Source of the DNA: Anaeramoeba ignava BMAN
Lineage: Eukaryota > Protista > Anaeramoebae
DNA: 64,000 nucleotides
Reading direction: 5' to 3'
Assembly (NCBI GenBank): GCA_028826165.1
Contig: JAPDFW010000072.1
Location: forward strand, 186,001 to 250,000
This document shows positions 1-9,450 of this stretch, one piece after another. The position numbers were made by a program, and so were the translations under genes. The notes under the pieces are model-generated. The model ran no database searches. It worked only from the letters and a program-made list of their open reading frames with translations, and had not been told where the DNA came from. Position 1 is the first letter of the stretch, and each line of letters begins with the position of its first letter.

Positions 1-48
1 TTTATTTACCTGAAGGTTTTAATTTTTTCAAACATTCAATAAATTGAT

Positions 49-1005
49 CTAAAGAACATTTTCTTTTGGATTAAAATTCCATCCTTTTTTAATTAATTCT
101 GATAATTCTTTTGGGAAATTATTTGGGAATTCGGGTCTATTTCCATTCATAACAGTCATAGTAACTTGAATAAAATTAAGATCATCAAATGGTTCTTTTT
201 TAGCAAAAATAGAATATAAAATCATTGCTAAACTATAAATATCACATGAAGTATCATATTCATTTCCTTCATTAAATAGTTCAGGAGCAGAATAACGAAA
301 TGAATTAGTAGTTTTAGTAACTTTCATTGTATGTTCTCTAACTCTTGAAACTCCAAAATCTGAAATTTTTGGTTTATTACCAGAAATCAAGATATTTTCA
401 GGTTTTAAATCTCGATGAATAATAGCATTAGAATGTAGAAATTTTATTCCTTCAATAATATCAAGTGAGAACTTTATTTGTTCATCAAATGTTAAATTGT
501 GCATTCTCTTTTTTAAATCACCTTCTCCAGCATAATCCATCACAATTCCAAGCATACTATCCATTTCAACTATTCCATAAATTCTCACAATAGATGGATG
601 ATCCAATTTCATTGCCAACTTGATTTCATTATGAAATTCTTTTTTTGCTTTTTCATTGTTTAAAATATTAAGTCTCTTAATAACAACATCTTTTGATTTC
701 CATTTTGCTTTGAATATTTGGCATGTTTCTCCATTAGAAAATGGTTCGGGTTCAATTTGTAATTCTTTTAACGGAATTGCTGGAATAATTTCTTGGTTTG
801 TTTGGTTTTTCAGTTTTTCCACTAATGATAATAATGCTCTGTTTGGAATTGGTCGAAAATCATCAAAAGAAGATCGGCAAAAAATACAACTGTTACTCTT
901 TTTTAAACATGATTCACATATTGTATGTCCTTCTTGGCAAATGATCATCGGTTTTTTTAATTTTGAATAATTTTCAAAGCATTGTGGACAAATTTCTGGT
1001 TCCAT
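49..1005 (-). CDS. RING finger + TKL-type protein kinase; true C-terminus probably continues past a 1-nt frameshift near 60
   Basis: ATG at 1005 (MEPEICPQC). RING pattern CPQC..CQEGHTICESC..CIFCR. Kinase motifs VVIK, HRDLKPEN, DFG, APE, DIYSLAM. The shifted frame after PKE reads CSLDQFIECLKKI (subdomain XI), followed by a possible GTAAAT donor at ~10. Confidence 0.88.
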   Translation of the reverse strand: MEPEICPQCFENYSKLKKPMIICQEGHTICESCLKKSNSCIFCRSSFDDFRPIPNRALLSLVEKLKNQTNQEIIPAIPLKELQIEPEPFSNGETCQIFKAKWKSKDVVIKRLNILNNEKAKKEFHNEIKLAMKLDHPSIVRIYGIVEMDSMLGIVMDYAGEGDLKKRMHNLTFDEQIKFSLDIIEGIKFLHSNAIIHRDLKPENILISGNKPKISDFGVSRVREHTMKVTKTTNSFRYSAPELFNEGNEYDTSCDIYSLAMILYSIFAKKEPFDDLNFIQVTMTVMNGNRPEFPNNFPKELSELIKKGWNFNPKENVL

Positions 1006-1099
1006 TTGTAAAAAAAACAAAACAAAACAAAACAAAAATGAATTAAATGAGATAAAAAAAATGAAAAATGAAAAATGAAATTTAATTTTCCTTTTTTTC

Positions 1100-1545
1100 T
1101 TTTTTTTAATTTTAATTTTAATTTTTGATTTTAATTTTGATTTTAATTTTGATTTTGATTTTGATTTTAATTTTAATTTTAATTTTAATTTTAATTTTGA
1201 TTTTAATTTTAATTTTAATTTTAATTTTAATTTTATTTTTGATTTTAATTATAATTTTAATTTTGATTTTAATTTTGATTTTAATTTTGATTTTAATTTC
1301 AATTTTTGATTTTAATTTTGATTTTGATTTTATTTTTAATTATGATTTTAATTTTAATTTTTAATTTTAATTTTAATTTTAATTTTAATTTTAATTTTAA
1401 TTTTAATTTTAATTTTAATTTTAATTTTAATTTTATTTTTAATTTTAATTTTAATTTTAATTTTTAATTTTAATTTTAATTTTGATTTTAATTTTGATTT
1501 TAATTTTGATTTTGATTTTTAAATTTGATTTTAATTTTCTTTATT
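1100..1545. repeat. (TTTTAA/TTTTGA)n hexamer microsatellite
   Basis: Directly visible; produces the spurious ILIL/FNFN ORFs. Confidence 0.95.
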
Positions 1546-1549
1546 GATT

Positions 1550-3331
1550 TTAATTATTAAATTTGTTAATTAATAAATCAAATAAATTTGGATTTGTTTG
1601 ATTTAATTGAAAATAATCAATTCCAATTTGAATTTCATCAATTATTTCTTTTGTAATTTGAATTTCATCTTTAATTTGATTTGAATAAATCCAATATTCT
1701 AATATTTGAAATGATTTATTACTTAATTCACTATAATCTGTAACTTTATTAGATTTATCCTCAGTTACAGATAAAAACATTCCTCGATATAATTCACTTC
1801 TCATTATTAATATTAATTTAGGAAATTTATATTGTTTTTCATTTCTTTCAATAATAAAATCTTTTTCATTTTCATTTTCATTTAAATAAATTCTTTTCAT
1901 TGTTTCTTCAATTTTTTCATTTGAATTTATAATTTCTTTAATTTCAAAATATAATTTTGGATTTATTATTCTGTTTGAATAAATCATTTCAAATATTTGA
2001 TTTGATTCTTTAATTGATTTTTTTGAAATAATTTCTTGAAATTTTTCATTTTGATTTTGATTTTGATTTAATCTATATTTCAATATTAATTTATGAGCTT
2101 TGATTATTTCTCCATTTTTGGTTTTAAATGAAATATTACAAAATTCTTTTCTTCTAAATAATTTTATCAAATCTTCTTCAAGATTGGAAAAAGAAGGAGG
2201 AGAATAATAAAGAAATGATTTATTATTTCCACAATAAACATGATAATTTGAAATATCTTCATTAAATCTTAATTTAGGAAGTTCAATTTGAATTGGAATT
2301 CGTTGAGTATTTGTATCTCCAGTTCCTAATTGACCTAAGGAATTATATCCAAATACAATTAGTTTCCCTTTTGTTGTTAAAATCAAAGTATGAGCATTTC
2401 CAACAGAAAAATCAATAATATTATCATCATTTTCAAATAAAGATGATTTGATTTCAGTAAATTCATAAGTATTTTCATCTTTGCCAAGTCCATTAAATGA
2501 AGAATATCCACATGAATAAAGTTTTCTTTTTGGATTTTGATTTTCATTTTCATTTTCAATCAACATTATTGAAAAAGAAACACCAGATTTAATATCAATT
2601 ATTTTACCTTTTGGAATATTTTGGATTTTGGTTAATTTTTGGATTTTTGTTTCTTTTTTTGATTCTCCTAATCCAATTTGAGCATAATTATTATCACCGC
2701 ATCCAAATAATTCTTGATTTGAATTTAAAAGAAAAACAGAATTAGAACAATTTCCTGAAAATATTTTAGAAACATTTTTCATCATTAAAATTGGTTTTTC
2801 TGTTTTTTTAAGTGTTTCAGAATCAAAACCAAGTTGGCCAAAAGTATTTAAACCAATTCCATAAGCATTTTGATTTGAAGTTAATAAGTAAAATGAAACA
2901 GATCCAGAAACAATATCTTGAATTATTCTATCATTTGTATCTTCAATTAATGATGAAATATTGATAAATTCATTTGGATTTTTTAGATTAATATCTTTTC
3001 CTTTGGCAAATACATTTCCTTCTATTGTTAAAATAGCTTCGTTATGATAACCAAAAGATACTTTTTGAATATTTTCTTCAATTTGGATTTTTGAAGGATT
3101 TTGTTTTGAATCATCTTCTCTTAAATATTCTATTGCTTTTCCATTTTTAAAAAGGAAAATTGTTGAAAAATCACTTGTTGAAATTTGTTTAATTTGTTTT
3201 TCATTTTCATTTTCATTTTCATTTTCATTTTCATTTTCAAATTTAAATTGAATTGGTTTTTTTATTATATTTGGCTCATTTTTTATTAATTTTGGTGATT
3301 GATTTGAACCGAAAAATATAATTTCATTCAT
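1550..3331 (-). CDS. RCC1-repeat beta-propeller + BTB/POZ protein, copy 1 (intronless)
   Basis: RCC1 motifs (GLNTFGQLG, CGDNNYAQIGLG, VGNAHTLIL, GYNSLGQLGTG). BTB motifs (FCNISF..IKAHKLIL; DFII..KFPKLILIMRSELYRGMF). Confidence 0.93.
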   Translation of the reverse strand: MNEIIFFGSNQSPKLIKNEPNIIKKPIQFKFENENENENENENEKQIKQISTSDFSTIFLFKNGKAIEYLREDDSKQNPSKIQIEENIQKVSFGYHNEAILTIEGNVFAKGKDINLKNPNEFINISSLIEDTNDRIIQDIVSGSVSFYLLTSNQNAYGIGLNTFGQLGFDSETLKKTEKPILMMKNVSKIFSGNCSNSVFLLNSNQELFGCGDNNYAQIGLGESKKETKIQKLTKIQNIPKGKIIDIKSGVSFSIMLIENENENQNPKRKLYSCGYSSFNGLGKDENTYEFTEIKSSLFENDDNIIDFSVGNAHTLILTTKGKLIVFGYNSLGQLGTGDTNTQRIPIQIELPKLRFNEDISNYHVYCGNNKSFLYYSPPSFSNLEEDLIKLFRRKEFCNISFKTKNGEIIKAHKLILKYRLNQNQNQNEKFQEIISKKSIKESNQIFEMIYSNRIINPKLYFEIKEIINSNEKIEETMKRIYLNENENEKDFIIERNEKQYKFPKLILIMRSELYRGMFLSVTEDKSNKVTDYSELSNKSFQILEYWIYSNQIKDEIQITKEIIDEIQIGIDYFQLNQTNPNLFDLLINKFNN

Positions 3332-3461
3332 TTTTGAAAAGAAAAAAATGAAAAAAATGATTTTGGAATTTTTAATTTTAATTTTAATTTTGATTTTAAT
3401 TTTGATTTTAATTTTAATTTTAATTTAAATTTTAATTTTAATTTTAATTTTAATTTTAATT

Positions 3462-5243
3462 TTAATTATTAAATTTGTTAATTAATAAATCAAATAAATT
3501 TGGATTTGTTTGATTTAATTGAAAATAATCAATTCCAATTTGAATTTCATTAATTATTTCTTGTGTAATTTGAATTTCATCTTTAATTTGATTTGAATAA
3601 ATCCAATATTCAAATATTTGAAATGATTTATTACTTAATTCACTATAATCTGTAACTTTATTTGATTTATCTTCAGTTACAGATAAAAACATTCCTCGAT
3701 ATAATTCACTTCTCATTATTAATATTAATTTTGGAAATTTATATTGTTTTTCTTTTCTTTCAATAATAAAATCTTTTTCATTTTCATTTTCATTTAAATA
3801 AATTCTTTTCATTGTTTCTTCAATTTTTTCATTTGAATTTATAATTTCTTTAATTTCAGAATATAATTTTGGATTTATATTGGAATTATTTGAATAAATC
3901 ATTTCAAATATTTGATTTGATTCTTTAATTGATTTTTTTGAAATAATTTCTTGAAGTTTTTCAATTTGATTTTGATTTTGATTTTGATTTAATCTATATT
4001 TCAATATTAATTTATGAGCTTCAATTATTTCTCCATTTTCTGTTTTAAATGAAATATCACAAAATTCTTTTCTTCTAAATAGTTTTATCAAATCTTCTTC
4101 AAGATTGGAAAAAGAAGGAGGAGAATAATAAAGAAATGATTTATTATCTCCACAAGAAACATGATAATTAGAAATATTTTCATTAAATATTAATTTAGGA
4201 AGTTCAATTTGAATTGGAATTAATTGAGTATTTGTATCTCCAGTTCCTAATTGACCAAAAGAATTATTTCCAAATCCTATTAATTTTGAATTGGAAGTGA
4301 AAATCAAAGTATGATAAAAACCAACAGAAAAATCAAGAATATTATCATTTTCAAATAAAGATGATTTGATTTCAATAAATTTTTCAGCATCGAGATAATC
4401 ATGGCCAATTCCATTTAATTCATAATTTCCACATGAATAAAGTTTTCTTTTTGGATTTTGATTTTGATTTTGATTTTGATTTTCATCTTCAATCAACATT
4501 ATTGAATGAAAATTCCCACATTTAATATCAATTATTTTGCCTTTTGGAATATTTGGGATTTTGGTTAATTTTTGGATTACTTCATTAGCTTTCAATCCAA
4601 GTTGACCAAATGGATTAAATCCGCATCCAAATAATTCTTGATTTGAATTTAAAAGAAAAACATGATTTGAAGTATTTCCTGAAAATATTTTAGAAACATT
4701 TTTCATCATTAAAATTGGTTTTTCTGTTTTTGGAAATGTTTCAGGATCAAAACCAAGTTGGCTTAATTCATTTGAACCAATTCCATAAACATTTTGATTT
4801 GAAGTTAATAAGTAAAATGAAACAGATCCAGAAACAATATCTTGAATTATTCTATCATTTGTATCTTCAATTAATGATGAAATATTGATAAATTCATTTG
4901 GATTTTTTGGATTAATATATTTTCCTTTGGCAAATACATTTCCTTCTTTTGTTAAAATAGCTTCATTTTGATAACCAACAGTTACTTTTTGAATATTTTC
5001 TTCAATTTGGATTTTTGAAGGATTTTGATTTGAATCATTTTCTTTTAAATATTCTATTGCTTTTCCATTTTCAAAAAGGAAAATTGTTGAAAAATCACTT
5101 GTTGAAATTTGTTTAATTTGTTTTTCATTTTCATTTTCATTTTCATTTTCAAATTTAAATTGAATTGGTTTTTTTATTATATTTGGTTTATTTTTGATAA
5201 GTTTTGGATATTCATTTGAACCAAAAAATATAATTTCATTCAT
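3462..5243 (-). CDS. RCC1-BTB protein, copy 2
   Basis: 593-aa ORF colinear with copy 1, same motifs. Confidence 0.93.
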   Translation of the reverse strand: MNEIIFFGSNEYPKLIKNKPNIIKKPIQFKFENENENENEKQIKQISTSDFSTIFLFENGKAIEYLKENDSNQNPSKIQIEENIQKVTVGYQNEAILTKEGNVFAKGKYINPKNPNEFINISSLIEDTNDRIIQDIVSGSVSFYLLTSNQNVYGIGSNELSQLGFDPETFPKTEKPILMMKNVSKIFSGNTSNHVFLLNSNQELFGCGFNPFGQLGLKANEVIQKLTKIPNIPKGKIIDIKCGNFHSIMLIEDENQNQNQNQNPKRKLYSCGNYELNGIGHDYLDAEKFIEIKSSLFENDNILDFSVGFYHTLIFTSNSKLIGFGNNSFGQLGTGDTNTQLIPIQIELPKLIFNENISNYHVSCGDNKSFLYYSPPSFSNLEEDLIKLFRRKEFCDISFKTENGEIIEAHKLILKYRLNQNQNQNQIEKLQEIISKKSIKESNQIFEMIYSNNSNINPKLYSEIKEIINSNEKIEETMKRIYLNENENEKDFIIERKEKQYKFPKLILIMRSELYRGMFLSVTEDKSNKVTDYSELSNKSFQIFEYWIYSNQIKDEIQITQEIINEIQIGIDYFQLNQTNPNLFDLLINKFNN

Positions 5244-5471
5244 TTTTGAAAAGAAAAAAAATGAAAAAATGATTTTTGGAATTTTTAATTTTAATTTTAA
5301 TTTTGATTTTTAGTTTTGATTTTAATTTTAATTTTAATTTTAATTTTAATTTTAATTTTGATTTTAATTTTAATTTTAATTTTAATTTTAATTTTAATTT
5401 TGATTTTAATTTTAATTTTAATTTAAATTTTAATTTTAATTTTAATTTTAATTTTAATTTTAATTTTAAAT

Positions 5472-7250
5472 TTAATTTTGATTTTGAATATTAAATTTTT
5501 TAATTAATAAATCAAATAAATTTGGATTTGTTTGATTTAATTGAAAATAATCAATTCCAATTTCTAATTCATCAATTATTTCTTGTGTAATTTGAATTTC
5601 ATCTTTAATTTGATTTGAATAAATCCAATATTCAAATATTTGAAATGATTTATTACTTAATTCACTATAATCTGTAACTTTATTTGATTTATCTTCAGTT
5701 ACAGATAAAAACATTCCTCGATATAATTCACTTCTCATTATTAATATTAATTTTGGAAATTTATATTGTTTTTCTTTTCTTTCAATAATAAAATCTTTTT
5801 CATTTTCATTTTCATTTAAATAAATTCTTTTCATTGTTTCTTCAATTTTTTCATTTGAATTTATAATTTCTTTAATTTCAGAATATAATTTTGGATTTAT
5901 TATTCTGTTTGAATAAATCATTTCAAATATTTGATTTGATTCTTTAATTGATTTTTTTGAAATAATTTCTTGAAGTTTTTCAATTTGATTTTGATTTTGA
6001 TTTAATCTATATTTCAATATTAATTTATGAGCTTCAATTATTTCTCCATTTTCGGTTTTAAATGAAATATTACAAAATTCTTTTCTTTCAAATAATTTTA
6101 TCAAATCTTCTTCAAGATTGGAAAAAGAAGAAGGAGAATAATAAAGAAATGAATTATTATATCCACAAAGAACATGATAATTAGAAATATTTTCATTAAA
6201 TCTTAATTTAGGAAGTTCAATTTGAATTGGAATTAATTGGTTATTTGTATCTCCAGTTCCTAATTGTCCATATTCATTATATCCAAATCCTATTAATTTT
6301 GAATTTGAAGTTAAAATCAAAGTATGAGAATATCCAACAGAAAAATCAAGAATATAATCATTTTCTTCAAATAAAGATGATTTTATTTCAGTAAATTCAT
6401 AAGTATTTTCATATTTTCCAAGTCCATTATAAAGATGATTTCCACATGAATAAAGTTTTCTTTTTGGATTTTGATTTTCATTTTCATTTTCAATCAACAT
6501 TATTGAAAAAGTAGCACCTGATTGAATATCAATTATTTTACCTTTTGGAATATTTTGGATTTTGGTTAATTTTTGAATATATGCTTGTTTTCTTGATTCT
6601 CCTAACCCAAGTTGATCTAATTCATTATCACCACATCCAAATAATTCTTGATTTGAATTTAAAAGAAAAACAGATTTTTTATTAATTCCTGAAAATATTT
6701 TAGAAACATTTTTCATCATTAAAATTGGTTTTCTTGTTTTTGGAAATGTTTCAGAATCAAAACCAAGTTGACTAGAATAATTAGAACCAATTCCATAAGC
6801 ATTTTGATTTGAAGTTAATAAGTAAAGTGAAACAGATCCAGAAACAATATCTTGAATTATTCTATCATTTGTATCTTCAATTAATGATGAAATATTGATA
6901 AATTTTTTTGGATTAATATCTTTTCCTTTGGCAAATACATTTCCTTCTATTGTTAAAATAGCTTCATTTTGATAACCAACAGTTACTTTTTGAATATTTT
7001 CTTTAATTTGGATTTTTGAAGGATTTTGATTTGAATCATTTTCTTTTAAATATTCTATTGCTTTTCCATTTTCAAAAAGGAAAATTGTTGAAAAATAACT
7101 TGTTGAAATTTTTTTAATTTGTTTTTCATTTTCATTTTCATTTTCATTTTCATTTTCAAATTTAAATTGAATTGGTTTTGTTATTTTATTTGGTTCATTT
7201 TTGATAAGTTTTGGATATTCATTTGAACCAAAAAATATAATTTCATTCAT
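5472..7250 (-). CDS. RCC1-BTB protein, copy 3
   Basis: 592-aa ORF colinear with copies 1 and 2. Confidence 0.93.
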   Translation of the reverse strand: MNEIIFFGSNEYPKLIKNEPNKITKPIQFKFENENENENENEKQIKKISTSYFSTIFLFENGKAIEYLKENDSNQNPSKIQIKENIQKVTVGYQNEAILTIEGNVFAKGKDINPKKFINISSLIEDTNDRIIQDIVSGSVSLYLLTSNQNAYGIGSNYSSQLGFDSETFPKTRKPILMMKNVSKIFSGINKKSVFLLNSNQELFGCGDNELDQLGLGESRKQAYIQKLTKIQNIPKGKIIDIQSGATFSIMLIENENENQNPKRKLYSCGNHLYNGLGKYENTYEFTEIKSSLFEENDYILDFSVGYSHTLILTSNSKLIGFGYNEYGQLGTGDTNNQLIPIQIELPKLRFNENISNYHVLCGYNNSFLYYSPSSFSNLEEDLIKLFERKEFCNISFKTENGEIIEAHKLILKYRLNQNQNQIEKLQEIISKKSIKESNQIFEMIYSNRIINPKLYSEIKEIINSNEKIEETMKRIYLNENENEKDFIIERKEKQYKFPKLILIMRSELYRGMFLSVTEDKSNKVTDYSELSNKSFQIFEYWIYSNQIKDEIQITQEIIDELEIGIDYFQLNQTNPNLFDLLIKKFNIQNQN

Positions 7251-7604
7251 TTTTGAAAAGAAAAAAATGAAAAAATAATTTTTGGAATTTTTAATTTTAA
7301 TTTTAGTTTTGATTTTAATTTTAATTTTAATTTTAATTTTAATTTTAATTTTAATTTTGATTTTAATTTTAATTTTGATTTTAATTTTAATTTTTAATTT
7401 TAATTTTAATTTTAATTTTAATTTTAATTTTAATTTTAATTTTAATTTTAATTTTAATTTTAATTTTAATTTTAATTTTAATTTTGATTTTAATTTTAAA
7501 TTTAAATTTAATTTTAATTTTAATTTTGATTTTAATTTTAATTTTAATTATTAATTTTAATTTTAATTTGAATTTTAAATTTAATTTTAATTTTAATTTT
7601 GATT

Positions 7605-9400
7605 TTAATTATTAAATTTATTAAATAATAAATCAAATAAATTTGGATTTGTTTGATTTAATTGAAAATAATCAATTCCTGTTTCTAATTCATCAATTAT
7701 TTCTTTTGTAATTTCAATTTCATCTTTAATTTGATTTGAATAAATCCAATATTCAAATATTTGAAATGATTTATTACTTAATTCACTATAATCTGTAACT
7801 TTATTAGAAGTATCATTTGTTACAGATAAAAACATTCCTCGATATAATTCACTTCTCATTATTAATATTAATTTAGGAAATTTATATTGTTTTTCTTTTC
7901 TTTCAATAATAAAATCTTTTTCTTTTTCTTTTTCATTTTCATTTAAATAAATTCTTTTCATTGTTTCTTCAATTTTTTCATTTGAATTTATAATTTCTTT
8001 AATTTCAGAATATAATTTTGGATTTATTATTCTGTTTGAATAAATCATTTCAAATATTTGATTTGATTCTTTAATTGATTTATTTGAAATAATTTCTTGA
8101 AGTTTTTCAATTTGATTTTGATTTTGATTTTGATTTAATCTATATTTCAATATTAATTTATGAGCTTCAATTATTTCTCCATTTTTGGTTTTAAATGAAA
8201 TATCACAAAATTCTTTTCTTCTAAATAGTTTTATCAAATCTTCTTCAAGATTGGAAAAAGAAGGAGAATAATAAAGAAATGATTTATTATTTCCACAAGA
8301 AACATGATAATTAGAAATATTTTCATTAAATCTTAATTTAGGAAGTTCAATTTGAATTGGAATTAATTGAATATTTGTATCTCCAGTTCCTAATTGACCA
8401 TCAGGAATTATATCCAAATCCTATTAATTTTGAATTGGATGTTAAAATCAAAGTATGAGCATTTCCAACAGAAAAATCAATAATATTATCATCATTTTCA
8501 AATAAAGATGATTTGATTTCAGTAAATTCATAAGTATTTTCATCTTTGCCAAGTCCATTAAATGAAGAATATCCACATGAATAAAGTTTTCTTTTTGGAT
8601 TTGGATTTTGATTTTGATTTTGATTTTCATTCAACATTATTGAAAAAGAAAGACTAGATTTAATATCAATTATTTTGCCTTTTGGAATATTTTGGATTTT
8701 GGTTAATTTTTGGATTTTTGTTTCTTTTATTGATTTTCCTAATCCAATTTGACCAGATTGATTATTTCCGCATCCAAATAATTCTTGATTTGAATTTAAA
8801 AGAAAAACAGAATTAGAACAATTTCCTGAAAATATTTTAGAAACATTTTTCATCATTAAAATTGGTTTTTCTGTTTTTTTAAGTGTTTCAGAATCGAAAC
8901 CAAGTTGACCATGTTTATTTGAACCAATTCCATAAACATTTTGATTTGAAGTTAATAAGTAAAATGAAACAGATCCAGAAACAATATCTTGAATTATTCT
9001 ATCATTTGTATCTTCAATTAATGATGAAATATTGATAAATTCTTTTTGATTATTTGGATTAATATCTTTTCCTTTGGCAAATACATTTCCTTCTATTGTT
9101 AAAATAGCTTCATTTTCCCAACCAACAGTTACTTTTTGAATATTTTCTTCAATTTGGATTTTTTCAGGATTTTGATTTGAATCATTTTCTTTTAAATATT
9201 CTATTGCTTTTCCATTTTCAAAAAGGAAAATTGTTGAAAAATCACTTGTTGAAATTTGTTTAATTTGTTTTTCATTTTCATTTTGATTTTCATTTTCATT
9301 TTCATTTTCAAATTTAAATTGAATTGGTTTTTATTTTATTTGGTTTATTTTTGATAAATTGTGGATATTGATTTAAACCAAAAAATATAATTTCATTCAT
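7605..9400 (-). CDS. RCC1-BTB protein, copy 4, with two frameshifts (~9330 in an A-run, ~8401); sequencing error or young pseudogene
   Basis: ATG at 9400 with the same leader as the other copies. Full-length colinear homology split across ORFs 8401..8856 and 7605..8417. Confidence 0.85.
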
Positions 9401-9450
9401 TTTTGAAAAGAAAAAAATGAAAAAATAATTTTTGGAATTTTTAATTTTAA

